This document shows, piece by piece, positions 29,720 through 39,773 of a stretch of DNA of 64,000 nucleotides. A program made the position numbers and the translations under genes. Numbering within the stretch: position 1 is the stretch's first letter; each line of letters opens with the position of its first letter. Location: assembly GCA_964505975.1 (NCBI GenBank), contig CAZDLW010000003.1, positions 2,947-66,946 of the forward strand, given 5' to 3'. Below the pieces are notes generated by a model that was not told the DNA's origin, made no database searches, and saw only the letters and a program-made list of their open reading frames with translations. This stretch comes from an uncultured Bifidobacteriaceae bacterium. GTDB lineage: Bacteria; Acidobacteriota; Vicinamibacteria; Vicinamibacterales; UBA2999.

Positions 29720-30759
29720 TGGAGCACAAGGACCGGAGTGTGACGGTCCGTCGAAGAGGCCCGGGGCTGGTGACGCTGGAGCTGCTCACGAGAGCCTTCG
29801 CCCCCTCCTGCCGGACGTCGCGGCCCCCGTCCAAGACCGTAGCGATCGTCGTCCCCGTGTCGTCGCGGCCCGTACTGCTGCCGGAGGAAGAGATTGCGCT
29901 CCGCCATCTCTGTCACTTCCTCGGGCCGTACGACAAGTACTTCGCTGCCCCGATCGGGTCGCCCATTCGGCGTGACGGCTTCGAGACGAGTCAATTTCCC
30001 AGGAAATTCTTCGGCTCGCCGGTCGCCCACAATCACCTGGTCTTCTGGCCGGACTTCTATCGGACATTCGAGGAGTACGAGTACATTCTCATCTACCATC
30101 TCGACAGCCTCGTGTTCTCGGACGAACTGATGCGGTGGTGCAGAGCGGGGTGGGATTACATCGGCGCGCCGTGGCTTCCGTGCGCAGACACGCCCTGGGT
30201 GAAAGAGGCGCGCGTCGGGAACGGGGGGTTCGCGCTGATGAAGGTGGAAAGCGTCCTCGACGTGCTCGACGCGCGATATCGACAGAAGCCGGCGTCGTAC
30301 TGGGCCGACCTGCTGACCAGGAACGGGCGCTGGCTGCGACCCTTCTTCCGGACACTCGAGTGGCTGCAGCCCCGCCTCCCCCCGTGGGACACCATGAGTC
30401 GCGTGACAGGCCGCTGGCGCGCCAGTGAGAACCCGACTGCATACGGGTACCACAACGACCTGTTCTGGGCGTACGAGGCGGCAGACTATGTGCCTACCTT
30501 CAAGGTGGCACCGGTCGAGGATGGACTGCGGTTCGCATTCGAGGCGGCGCCGCGAACGTGCTTCGAGCTGAACGGCCGCCAGCTCCCTTTCGGCTGTCAT
30601 GCCTGGACAAAGTTCGATCGCGGCTTCTGGGAGCCGCTCCTGTTGCCACCAGCGGGAACCGCTCCGGAGGCACAGCCGGAGTGGGTGCCCTCAGAAACGC
30701 CGTCCCCCGGCCCAGCACAGCCTCGGCCCCGCATCACTGACTCGCGAGCCGGAAGGTAG
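29716..30759 (+). CDS. DUF5672-family protein, copy 2
   Basis: YHLDSLVFSDEL..WC...DYIGAPWLPCAD.PWV, VGNGGFALMKVE, LRFAFE, LNGRQLPFGCHAW; clearly paralogous to 2810-3676. Confidence 0.75.
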   Translation: MMEHKDRSVTVRRRGPGLVTLELLTRAFAPSCRTSRPPSKTVAIVVPVSSRPVLLPEEEIALRHLCHFLGPYDKYFAAPIGSPIRRDGFETSQFPRKFFGSPVAHNHLVFWPDFYRTFEEYEYILIYHLDSLVFSDELMRWCRAGWDYIGAPWLPCADTPWVKEARVGNGGFALMKVESVLDVLDARYRQKPASYWADLLTRNGRWLRPFFRTLEWLQPRLPPWDTMSRVTGRWRASENPTAYGYHNDLFWAYEAADYVPTFKVAPVEDGLRFAFEAAPRTCFELNGRQLPFGCHAWTKFDRGFWEPLLLPPAGTAPEAQPEWVPSETPSPGPAQPRPRITDSRAGR

Positions 30760-30774
30760 ACGATCCGTGTGTCT

Positions 30775-31689
30775 TCAGGCGATCCGCTGCAGCCACAGAC
30801 TGGCGCCGGTGTTGTGCAGGAACAATGGCATCTCCGCTTCGAAGCGATCCCGATGAAAGTGCTCGAGATAGGTGTTGAAGAATACGATGCGGTATGCGTA
30901 GTTGAACGTCAGGAAGGCGCGCACCATGTAGGCCTCGTTCCAGGCCCGTCCTTCGGCGACCCACTCACGAAAATACTCGAATGGGTACGGCACATCGTGG
31001 ACGTGAACGTACACACCTGCCGCAAGCGTGGGGAGCACCTCGGTGAGCAGGTAGACCACGTCGCTGCCGATCTTGGCGACATGGCTGGAGTCGATGAAGA
31101 GCATGTCGTTCGCCTCGAGCGTCGCGAACAGGGCCCGATCCACATGCTGTACCGGTGATGCGAGAAGCGTGATGCGGTTCCGGTCTTCTGCGCGGAGGAC
31201 CGACAGCAGGCGGTCAGGATGGGGCTCGATGAAGGTACATTGGATGCGGCCATCGAAGAACAGCTCGTTCGTGTCGAGCATCAGCGCGGACGAGAAGCCA
31301 GAGCCGACCTCAATGATCCGCTGAGGACGTACGTGGCGCATCATGCAATACAGAGTGAGGCCGTCCGCGTGCGAGAACATCGGGTTCTCGAAGTAGTATC
31401 GCCGTCCTCCCGCCGAGAACGGCTGCTCATGGTAGTACGTCACGAAGTCGTCGAACAGTGCGAGCTGATCCGCTTCACGGAGGTCGATGCCCGACAGCTC
31501 TGCCGGCACGCTCCACAAGCGAGAGGTCCGCAGCGACTGGTCGAAATCTGGCAGCGGCGAATAGAAGTGACCCGGTGGGACGAAGCCGCATCCTCGCAGC
31601 AGGGTCTCACGCTCCGCCAGGAGTCGAGCCGTTCCCGGCAGGTGCCGAGCGACGTACGCGGCGCACCGTTTCACGATTCTCTTCACCAT
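30775..31689 (-). CDS. Class I SAM methyltransferase (Methyltransf_24-like)
   Basis: [48 protein letters not shown]. Confidence 0.85.
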   Translation of the reverse strand: MVKRIVKRCAAYVARHLPGTARLLAERETLLRGCGFVPPGHFYSPLPDFDQSLRTSRLWSVPAELSGIDLREADQLALFDDFVTYYHEQPFSAGGRRYYFENPMFSHADGLTLYCMMRHVRPQRIIEVGSGFSSALMLDTNELFFDGRIQCTFIEPHPDRLLSVLRAEDRNRITLLASPVQHVDRALFATLEANDMLFIDSSHVAKIGSDVVYLLTEVLPTLAAGVYVHVHDVPYPFEYFREWVAEGRAWNEAYMVRAFLTFNYAYRIVFFNTYLEHFHRDRFEAEMPLFLHNTGASLWLQRIA

Positions 31690-31765
31690 CTTCGATCATA
31701 CCTGCCCGTCGTTTCACACCACGGGTCGGGATCGGGGCTCGGCTCGACGCCGGGCCGCACATGAT

Positions 31766-32821
31766 ATGCCCACGACGATCCTCATCACCGGTTCGAATGG
31801 TCTGATCGGCTCTGAAATGGTCAAGCATTTCCACGGGCTCGGCTGGCGCGTCCATGGGATCGACAACAATATGCGGGCCGACTTCTTCGGGCCGCAGGGC
31901 GACACCCGGTGGAATCAACGGAGGCTCCAGCGCGAGTACCCCGGTTTCACGCATCATGAAACGGACGTGCGGGACCGTCAGGCGATGCTGGATCTGATGG
32001 CCGAGATCCAGCCGCGTGCCGTGCTGCATGCCGCCGCGCAGCCCAGCCACGATCTGGCGGCGAGCCGGCCGTTCGACGATTTCGACGTGAACGCCGTAGG
32101 GACGCTCAACCTGCTCGAGGCGGTGAGACGGTGCTGCCCGGAATCGCCGTTCGTGTATCTGTCGACCAACAAGGTATATGGAGACGCGCCCAACCGCATC
32201 AGGCTGAAGGAGCTCGAGACGCGCTGGGACTATGACGATCCGGCTTATGCGGACGGCATCGCCGAGGATTTCACCATCGACCAGTCGAAGCATTCGCTGT
32301 TTGGAGCCTCGAAAGTGGCAGCCGACATCATGGTTCAGGAGTACGGACGGTACTTCGGCATTCCGACGTGCTGCTTACGAGGCGGGTGTCTCACTGGTCC
32401 AAGCCATTCCGGAGTGGAGCTGCACGGCTTCCTGAGCTACCTGATCAAGCAGCACCTCGGCGGCGGCGTGTACTACGTGTACGGTTACAAAGGCAAGCAG
32501 GTGCGGGACAACATCCATTCGTACGACGTGGCGCGGTTCGTCGAAGAGTTCCTGGCCGCACCCAGGTGCGCGGAAGTCTACAACCTCGGGGGGGGGCGCG
32601 AGAATTCGTGCTCGATTCTGGAGGCGTTCTCCCGGATCGAGGCGATCACCGGGAAGCCCGCCACGTGGCAATACGTAGACAAGGCGCGCGAAGGCGACCA
32701 TATCTGCTACATCAGCAATCTGGACAGGATCCGGGCGCATTATCCGCGCTGGAGGATCACGAAGACTCTTGACGACATCTTCTTGGAAGTCGCCGCAGCG
32801 TGGGAAGAACGGGCCGTATGA
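31766..32821 (+). CDS. NAD-dependent epimerase, CDP-paratose 2-epimerase (RfbE/Tyv)-like
   Basis: [62 protein letters not shown]. Confidence 0.85.
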   Translation: MPTTILITGSNGLIGSEMVKHFHGLGWRVHGIDNNMRADFFGPQGDTRWNQRRLQREYPGFTHHETDVRDRQAMLDLMAEIQPRAVLHAAAQPSHDLAASRPFDDFDVNAVGTLNLLEAVRRCCPESPFVYLSTNKVYGDAPNRIRLKELETRWDYDDPAYADGIAEDFTIDQSKHSLFGASKVAADIMVQEYGRYFGIPTCCLRGGCLTGPSHSGVELHGFLSYLIKQHLGGGVYYVYGYKGKQVRDNIHSYDVARFVEEFLAAPRCAEVYNLGGGRENSCSILEAFSRIEAITGKPATWQYVDKAREGDHICYISNLDRIRAHYPRWRITKTLDDIFLEVAAAWEERAV

Positions 32822-33912
32822 GCGTCCCTCGCGTGTCGATCTGTCTGCCGAACCGGAACACACGAGCGTACCTGGAAGAACGGATCGAGACCATCCTCGC
32901 CCAGACCTACACGAACTGGGAGCTGGTGGTCAGCGACAACCATTCCGACGACGGCGCGTGGGAATTGCTCGAGTCGGTGGCCCGGACTGACCATCGTGTG
33001 TCGCTCGCGCAGGCGCCACGAGAAGGGCTGTACGCCAACTGGAACCGGTGCCTCGAACGGGCTCGGGGGGAACTGATCTATATCGCCACCAGCGACGACA
33101 CCATGGCGACCGATTGTCTCGAAAGGCTGGTGGCCGCCCTGGATATCCACCCGGAGTGCGACATCGCCCATTGCCCGCTGCGCACGATCGATGAGACCGG
33201 GCAGAATCTGCCCGAGTGGTGGTCCCAGGGCTCCGTGTTCGCCCTCAGCAGCGGCCCGCTTCTCGACGTGGCGCACGTACGGAAAGCGCCGTTCGACGGC
33301 CTGCTCCATCTGCTGGGAGGCTCCGTCTACGTCTCGATCACGCAGTTGCTCATCCGCCGCTCGTTGTTCGATCGCATCGGTTTCTTCGAATCGACCTGGC
33401 AATCGCTGGGCGACTTCAACTGGAACATGCGGGCCGGACTGGTCGCAAACACCGTCCACGTGCCGGATACGTGGGGCGGGTGGCGAATTCATCGCAGTCA
33501 GGCGACGGCGGGTGCCGGAATTGGATCGGCGGATCATGCCCGTAGGATCGATGAGATGATCGAGCACGCGATTGATACGTGCAACGGGCTCCTGTCGCCG
33601 GTGGTTTCCGAGCAGCTGACGCGTCACTGGCAGCACGAGGCGAAGGCGTTTCGCTGTTACATGCGGGACATCGCCGATCATCGGACCTCCTTTGGCCAGA
33701 AGGCCTATATCCTTCGACGGGCGTTGGCCGGCTCTGCACCGGCCTGGCAGCACCTCAAGCTGCGCTTGCGTGGGCGCACATTGTTGGATTGGGTGCGGAC
33801 GCGTCTGGACGACGCGGGCGTCGGTCCGATGCTCGTGCCAGCGCTCGGGCCATCTTCCTGGCCCGCCGGTTCTCAGCGTGAACCGGTTCGAACCCTGAGC
33901 GGAAACGTATGA
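32818..33912 (+). CDS. GT2 glycosyltransferase
   Basis: [39 protein letters not shown]. Confidence 0.9.
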   Translation: MSVPRVSICLPNRNTRAYLEERIETILAQTYTNWELVVSDNHSDDGAWELLESVARTDHRVSLAQAPREGLYANWNRCLERARGELIYIATSDDTMATDCLERLVAALDIHPECDIAHCPLRTIDETGQNLPEWWSQGSVFALSSGPLLDVAHVRKAPFDGLLHLLGGSVYVSITQLLIRRSLFDRIGFFESTWQSLGDFNWNMRAGLVANTVHVPDTWGGWRIHRSQATAGAGIGSADHARRIDEMIEHAIDTCNGLLSPVVSEQLTRHWQHEAKAFRCYMRDIADHRTSFGQKAYILRRALAGSAPAWQHLKLRLRGRTLLDWVRTRLDDAGVGPMLVPALGPSSWPAGSQREPVRTLSGNV

Positions 33913-34092
33913 GGCACACCCGTCTGTTGAGGCAGCTCCAGGGCTTCGACGCTTTCCAAGATATTCGGCTCCAGAGCAGAAGCGGCCAGTGTTGCGTTGG
34001 ACACCGTGATGCCGCAAACGAGGTTGGCCACTTCATCGGTTCCGGGCGCTTCACTGCTTGAAGGCCAAAATCGGTACGCGCGTGGAGATGTC

Positions 34093-35115
34093 ATGATGAC
34101 GAATACGGACGACCTGATCGTGGTGTGCGGTGCTGGCGGGTTCATCGGCGGCCATCTCGTGGCTGACCTCGTGCGGCAGGGCCACCGGCGCATCCGAGCG
34201 GTCGATGTCAAGCCGCTGGAGGATTGGTACCAGTGCGTTCCGGACGCAGAGAATGTGCGCCTGGACCTTCAACGCCGGGAAGCGTGCTCGCTGGCGCTGC
34301 GCGATGCGGCGGTCGTCTACAACCTGGCGGCCGACATGGGCGGTATGGGCTTCATCGAGGCGAATCGGGGCTTGTGCATGCTGTCGGTGTTGATCAACAC
34401 GCACCTGCTGATGGTGGCTCGGGAAGTGGGCATCGGGCGGTTTTTCTTCTCCTCGTCGGCGTGCGTGTACGCTGCTGACAAGCAAGTTTCGGAGAACGTA
34501 ACCCCGCTGAAGGAGAGCGACGCCTATCCCGCGATGCCGGAGGACGGGTATGGTTGGGAGAAGCTGTTCAGCGAGCGTCTGTGCCGGCACTTCCGCGAGG
34601 ACTTCGGCGTCGAGACCCGCGTGGCGCGGTACCACAACGTCTATGGCCCTTACGGCACATGGACGGGAGGGCGCGAGAAGGCGCCGGCGGCCATCTGCCG
34701 AAAGGTAATCGAGGCCAAGCTCTCGGGTCGGCCCGAGATCGAGATCTGGGGCACGGGCAATCAGACTCGCAGCTTCATGTATATCGACGACTGCCTGCAG
34801 GGCACCCAGAGGATTCTGGCCAGCGATGTCGAAGAGCCGCTGAACCTCGGCAGTGACGAGCTCGTGACCATCAATCAACTCGTGGACCTTGTCGAGGAAA
34901 TCGCAGGCATCACGCTGAAACGTCGCTACAATCTCGATGCGCCGAAAGGTGTCAATGGGCGTAACAGCGATAACACGCTGATCAGGGAGCGTCTCGGCTG
35001 GGCCCCAGACATTCGGCTGCGCGACGGGCTGGAGCCGACCTATCGGTGGATCTACGATCAGATGGTGTCGGATTCGGGAGCCCTGCGTGCCCGCCGTGCG
35101 GTTGCGGCCGGTTGA
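34093..35115 (+). CDS. GDP-mannose 3,5-epimerase-like SDR
   Basis: GAGGFIG, NLAADMGGMGFI, SSACVY, YGWEK, GGREKAPAAICRK, TRSF.YIDDC, GV.GRNSDN; recalled as hallmarks of plant GME. Confidence 0.85.
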   Translation: MMTNTDDLIVVCGAGGFIGGHLVADLVRQGHRRIRAVDVKPLEDWYQCVPDAENVRLDLQRREACSLALRDAAVVYNLAADMGGMGFIEANRGLCMLSVLINTHLLMVAREVGIGRFFFSSSACVYAADKQVSENVTPLKESDAYPAMPEDGYGWEKLFSERLCRHFREDFGVETRVARYHNVYGPYGTWTGGREKAPAAICRKVIEAKLSGRPEIEIWGTGNQTRSFMYIDDCLQGTQRILASDVEEPLNLGSDELVTINQLVDLVEEIAGITLKRRYNLDAPKGVNGRNSDNTLIRERLGWAPDIRLRDGLEPTYRWIYDQMVSDSGALRARRAVAAG

Positions 35116-35275
35116 AGCGGGAGTGCCCCTCTGAATATCCGTTTCTGGCCGGATTTCTTGCCTCCCAGTGTCTGCTATGAGGAGGATGTTCTCTGCACGT
35201 TTCATCTCGTTGCGGCCGCCAGCGTCGGGCGGGTGGCCGAAATGTTCCACGGAGATACAAGGATCGTGAGGAGCG

Positions 35276-35291
35276 TGGCCATCTCTTTGCA
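35276..35291 (+). promoter_or_regulatory. Candidate sigma-54 promoter upstream of the export operon
   Basis: TGGCCATCTCTTTGCA: GG-N10-GC with TTGCA -12 box. Confidence 0.45.
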
Positions 35292-35406
35292 AGGCTCAGC
35301 CGCAAGGCGACTGTTCTCGGTGGTCGTCGTGCCACCCGGACGCGACACGGTGCACAGAGCAATCAGCAGTCGTGCTGTCCATGGGCGTAACTCACAGGGC
35401 AAAGCT

Positions 35407-36609
35407 GTGTCGTGGCTGCGGACCGGAATAATCGTGGTTGTGAGCGTGACCTCGATCGTCGCGATGTCGACATCGGCGATGGCGCAAAATTCGACCCCGC
35501 CTGACGATGCGCGCGTCCACGCCGGGCCGGTGACGCTGTCGCCAACGATTGCCGTTACGAATCTGGGGCACGACAACAACGTGTATTTCGAAGCCGACCA
35601 TCCGCGGAGTGACTTCACCGCTACCGTGAGCCCGGCAGTCCAGGGATGGATGAGTTTGGGGCAGATGCAGCTCACCGGCCGGAGCCAGATCGATGCCGTC
35701 TATTACAAGGAACTGTCGGACCTGAGGGCGATCGATACCGACCACTCGGGGATGCTGCAGGTTCGGCTGAATAGACTGGCTCCGTACGTCTCCGGGACCC
35801 GGGCACTCACCCGTCACCGCCGCAACCTGGAGATCGACGCGCCGGTGAGGCGCCTGGATCAGGGGTGGAGCGTTGGCGCGGATCTCCGGTTAACGGCCAA
35901 GACGACCGTCGGCGCGGCAATCGCAAAATCGAACGTGGAGTACGAAGGGGACACGTTGTACTTTGGCAGTGATTTGGCAGAGCTCCTGAATCGACGGTCC
36001 ACCGCCGAGCACGTGGTGTTCCGGTACGAGTTGACGCCGCTGACGACGATCGCGGTCGAAGCACAGCGGGGACGAGACCGATTCGTCGCCACACCGGACC
36101 GGGACTCCAATAGTTGGGGTATTGCACCTGTCGTGGAATTCAAGCCGCTCGCTCTGATCAGCGGCCGCGCGCAGATTGGGTGGCGCCGCCACAGGTTCCT
36201 GGATGGCGAGATCCCGGAGTTCAGAGGCGTATTCGCACAGGTGAACCTGCGTTATACGCTCCTGGGACGGACACAGTTCGAAGTGGGCGCGCAGCGCGAT
36301 CTCGGATATTCCTACCTTCTCGAGGAGCAGCAGTACGTGATCAGCGGCCTGTCGCTTTCCGTCACACATACCCTGGTTGAGCCGTGGGAGGTCACGGGCC
36401 GCGTCGGGCGGTACTCTTTGGATTACCAGACCAGCCGGCGTGCGGACCTCGGCGAGTCCATCCCCAATTATGGGGCAGGCCTGATCTATCGCCTCGGACG
36501 CACGAGGATCGGTGTACAGCTAGACCACTTCCGACGCCGGTCGGACGTGTCGCGGCAGCGCCAGTCGACGCGGACGCTGGTCTCTTCGTCCATCACACAT
36601 ACCTTCTAG
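35407..36609 (+). CDS. Outer-membrane beta-barrel associated with polysaccharide export; start uncertain
   Basis: Signal peptide ending AMA-Q, G.DNNVY...SDF motif, amphipathic beta strands, terminal Phe (ITHTF); directly upstream of wza. Confidence 0.75.
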   Translation: MSWLRTGIIVVVSVTSIVAMSTSAMAQNSTPPDDARVHAGPVTLSPTIAVTNLGHDNNVYFEADHPRSDFTATVSPAVQGWMSLGQMQLTGRSQIDAVYYKELSDLRAIDTDHSGMLQVRLNRLAPYVSGTRALTRHRRNLEIDAPVRRLDQGWSVGADLRLTAKTTVGAAIAKSNVEYEGDTLYFGSDLAELLNRRSTAEHVVFRYELTPLTTIAVEAQRGRDRFVATPDRDSNSWGIAPVVEFKPLALISGRAQIGWRRHRFLDGEIPEFRGVFAQVNLRYTLLGRTQFEVGAQRDLGYSYLLEEQQYVISGLSLSVTHTLVEPWEVTGRVGRYSLDYQTSRRADLGESIPNYGAGLIYRLGRTRIGVQLDHFRRRSDVSRQRQSTRTLVSSSITHTF

Positions 36610-36625
36610 GACAAGGCACGTCGAG

Positions 36626-37525
36626 ATGTTGCCATACGAAAGGACGGCGATGACGCGGACAGCGGACTTTGGAGTCGAGGCGCGACGGCGGCCCTGGTCC
36701 CTTGTATTGCTCCTGGTTCTGGCACTCCCGCACACTGCCGTGCTCGGCCAGGGAGACGCGCCCGGCATGTACATCGTTGGCCCCAACGATGTGCTGACGA
36801 TCAGGGTATACAACCATGCCGACCTTTCACGCGAGTACACAGTTGAGGCCGACGGCGCATTCACGTTCCCGCTCATCGGACGTGTGCCCGCGATTGGCTT
36901 CACTGTTCGGGCGATTGAAGACGAAGTGCGGAACCGCTTGGCCAAAGGCTATCTGCGGGATCCGCAGGTGAGCGTGTCGGTGGAGACGCATCGCAGTCAG
37001 CAGGTCTTCGTGGTCGGTGAAGTCCGGTCGCCGGGCGGCCTGCAGCTCATTGGTGCCATGACGCTGATAGAGGCGTTGGCCCGCGTCGGGTCGATTACGG
37101 AGCGAGCCGGTCCGGAACTGATGATCGTGCGGCCGCGACCGGGTGCCCCGCCACCGGACTTGTCCGAGCTTGCCCTCGTGGACGGTACGAAGAATGCCGA
37201 GGTGATTCGTGTGAACGTGCAGAATCTTCAGGCCGGAGCGCTCGGGCAGAATATCCCCCTTCAAGCCGGGGACACGATTTTCGTTCCGCGCGCGGAGACC
37301 GTGTTCGTGTCCGGTCACGTGCACAGCTCAGGTGAGTACGTCATCCGGAAGGGCATGACAGTGCGCCAGGTGCTGGCGCTGGCGGGCGGCGTGACGGATC
37401 GCGGTTCGACGCGGCGGATTCAAATCATCAGGCGGGTCAACGGGGTGGAGACCACAATTGGCGTGGACCAACAGGAACCCGTGCAGGCCGATGACACGAT
37501 TGTCGTGCGCGAGCGACTGTTCTAG
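36626..37525 (+). CDS. wza: Polysaccharide export (OPX) protein, Poly_export plus two SLBB domains
   Basis: YIVGPNDVL.I.V, DG.FTFPLIG, YLRDPQVSV, GEV..PG, LALAGG; ends DTIVVRERLF. Confidence 0.9.
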   Translation: MLPYERTAMTRTADFGVEARRRPWSLVLLLVLALPHTAVLGQGDAPGMYIVGPNDVLTIRVYNHADLSREYTVEADGAFTFPLIGRVPAIGFTVRAIEDEVRNRLAKGYLRDPQVSVSVETHRSQQVFVVGEVRSPGGLQLIGAMTLIEALARVGSITERAGPELMIVRPRPGAPPPDLSELALVDGTKNAEVIRVNVQNLQAGALGQNIPLQAGDTIFVPRAETVFVSGHVHSSGEYVIRKGMTVRQVLALAGGVTDRGSTRRIQIIRRVNGVETTIGVDQQEPVQADDTIVVRERLF

Positions 37526-37574
37526 TGGGTCGCGGACCAGCCGCGCCCCGATAACTCACATACCCGCTCGAAAA

Positions 37575-37592
37575 CTTGACTCATTCGTCAAG
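37575..37592. promoter_or_regulatory. Perfect inverted repeat CTTGAC-N6-GTCAAG between wza and wzc
   Basis: gaaaaCTTGACtcattcGTCAAGatttc; the arms extend to 10/11 complementary; 60 nt upstream of the wzc ATG. Confidence 0.5.
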
Positions 37593-37652
37593 ATTTCTCG
37601 CGCTCGAGGGTTCTAGGGCGCTATCGTCTCAGCACCGGAAAGGTATCTTCTG

Positions 37653-39773
37653 ATGTCATCCGTTCCAGTTCACGACGGCGCGTCGTGGGACGTGCGCGTA
37701 CTCCTGCACGATTACTTGCGAGTGATGTATCGGCGACGGTGGCTCGCCGCGGCGGTGTGTTCGGCAGTGGTCCTGGGCACCGCCGTGTACACCTATAGGG
37801 CAGAGCCGCTGTATCAGGCACAGGTGTCGATTCTCATCGAGCTGGAACAGCCGAACGTTGTCGATATCCCGGAAGTCTTCAGTGAACGCCCGGACTACCA
37901 GACGCAGTACGAACTTCTGCAGAGCCGGGCACTGATGCAGCGGACCGTCGCCGCGCTGGAACTGTGGACGCGTCCTGATTTCCCCGTGACCACGGAGGCC
38001 GGTGCGGTTGATGCCGTGCGAGGAGCTTTGCAGGTCGTGCCCGTGCGGGGTACTCGACTCGTTCAGGTCCGCCTCAGATGGCCAGATCCGGACCTGGCCA
38101 TGGAAATCGTCAACGAGCACGCGCGGCAGTACGTGGAGCAGAGTCTCGACGTGCGCTTCGAGGCGTCCAAGCAGGCCGGCGACTGGCTCGAGGAGCAGCT
38201 GGCCCAGGAGCGGAAGCGGGTGGAAGCCAGTGAGTCCGCGTTGCAGGCCTACCGGGAGCGGTACGATGCGGTCTCACTGACCGAGGGCCAGAACATCGTA
38301 GTGCAGAAACTCGGGGACTTGAACGCGGCCGTCACGAGGGCCAAGACCCAGCGGATCGAAGCAGAAGCGCAGTATCGTGAGCTCGAAGCGATTAAGCACG
38401 ACCGGGATGCACTCGACTCCTTCCCGGCCATCCTTTCTAATCCGTTCATTCAACAACTGAAGGCCAACCTGGTTGCAGAGCAACGACAGTACGCGCAGCT
38501 CTCGCAGACGTTGGGTGAGCGACATCCGCAACTCGTCGAGGTGCGCACCACGCTGGAGACCACTGCAAAGCGACTGGATGCCGAGGTCAACCGAGTCGTG
38601 GATTCGCTCCGACAGACCTATCAGTCGGCCCTGGCGGAAGAGACCAGCTTGACGCGCGCCCTGGACGAAGCAAAGCGCGAGGCCCTTGCCCTGAATCGGA
38701 GGGGGATCGAGTATGCCGCCCTCGAGCGCGAGGCCGAGAGCCTGCGACTCGTGTACCAGACCCTGCTGCAGCGGGCCAAGGAGACGAGCGTGTCGCGGGA
38801 GCTGCGAGCAACGAACATTCGCATCATCGATCCCGCTCGGCGACCGGGAGGTCCAGTCTTTCCACGCACGACGATGAATATGCTGGTCGCAGTTGTTGCG
38901 GGCCTGCTTCTGGCCGTGGGCGCAGTCTTCGCCGTGGAGTTGATCGACGATCGCATCAAGACACCAGACGATGTGCGGAGTCAGCTCGGTTTGCCGTTCT
39001 TCGGGCTCGTTCCGGAGGTCCGTTCGGACGAAAGGGGTCCGTCACTCCTGCAGGACGTGCCCGCGGCGTTCGTGGAAGCGTTCCGCACGGTGCGCACGAG
39101 TGTTCTGTCGTCTCCGGGTGCCAACGGTCCGGTCGCGCTGGTCGTGGCCAGCGCATCTCCAGGCGAGGGGAAGACCATGGTTGCCAGCAATCTGGCCATG
39201 ACGCTGGCGCAGGCACACCAGCGGGTCCTACTCGTCGATGCTGACATGAGACGGCCACGCGCCCACGAGATTGTTGGTCACCAGCTCGAGCCCGGCCTGG
39301 CGAACGTCCTTGCCGGGACCGCGTCGCTGGCAGATGTGCTGCGGCCCTCGGCAATGCCCGGACTCACGGTGCTGTCTGCGGGGACCCGATCCGCGGAGGC
39401 GCCGGAACTGCTCGGCTCTGCTGCGTTCGATCACCTGTTCGGGATCCTGAAGGAGCACTACCCCTGGGTGATCGTCGATTGTCCCCCCGCACTCACCGTC
39501 ACCGACGCCAGCGTTGTCGCGTCACGGGCTACGGGGATTGTGTTCGTGGTCGGGTCGGGCATGACTAGCGCTCGGGCTGCCCGGCTCGCGGTCGATGAGC
39601 TGCAGCGTACGGGCGCGCGCGTGTTGGGAGCGGTGCTGAACCGGGCAGACCTCGAGCATCACCCGTACTATTTTGCTCCCTACTTGCGTGGTGAGTACCT
39701 GAAGGCGCTCGAGAGGACCGCTGGGAATCGCCAGGCTGCCGCATCGTCTGCGGCGTTCGGCGGTGGCGCATGA
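37653..39773 (+). CDS. wzc: Polysaccharide co-polymerase / tyrosine autokinase
   Basis: Two TMs flanking a coiled coil, EAFRTVRT, SASPGEGKT, LVDADMRRP, IVDCPP, Tyr-containing tail. Confidence 0.95.
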   Translation: MSSVPVHDGASWDVRVLLHDYLRVMYRRRWLAAAVCSAVVLGTAVYTYRAEPLYQAQVSILIELEQPNVVDIPEVFSERPDYQTQYELLQSRALMQRTVAALELWTRPDFPVTTEAGAVDAVRGALQVVPVRGTRLVQVRLRWPDPDLAMEIVNEHARQYVEQSLDVRFEASKQAGDWLEEQLAQERKRVEASESALQAYRERYDAVSLTEGQNIVVQKLGDLNAAVTRAKTQRIEAEAQYRELEAIKHDRDALDSFPAILSNPFIQQLKANLVAEQRQYAQLSQTLGERHPQLVEVRTTLETTAKRLDAEVNRVVDSLRQTYQSALAEETSLTRALDEAKREALALNRRGIEYAALEREAESLRLVYQTLLQRAKETSVSRELRATNIRIIDPARRPGGPVFPRTTMNMLVAVVAGLLLAVGAVFAVELIDDRIKTPDDVRSQLGLPFFGLVPEVRSDERGPSLLQDVPAAFVEAFRTVRTSVLSSPGANGPVALVVASASPGEGKTMVASNLAMTLAQAHQRVLLVDADMRRPRAHEIVGHQLEPGLANVLAGTASLADVLRPSAMPGLTVLSAGTRSAEAPELLGSAAFDHLFGILKEHYPWVIVDCPPALTVTDASVVASRATGIVFVVGSGMTSARAARLAVDELQRTGARVLGAVLNRADLEHHPYYFAPYLRGEYLKALERTAGNRQAAASSAAFGGGA

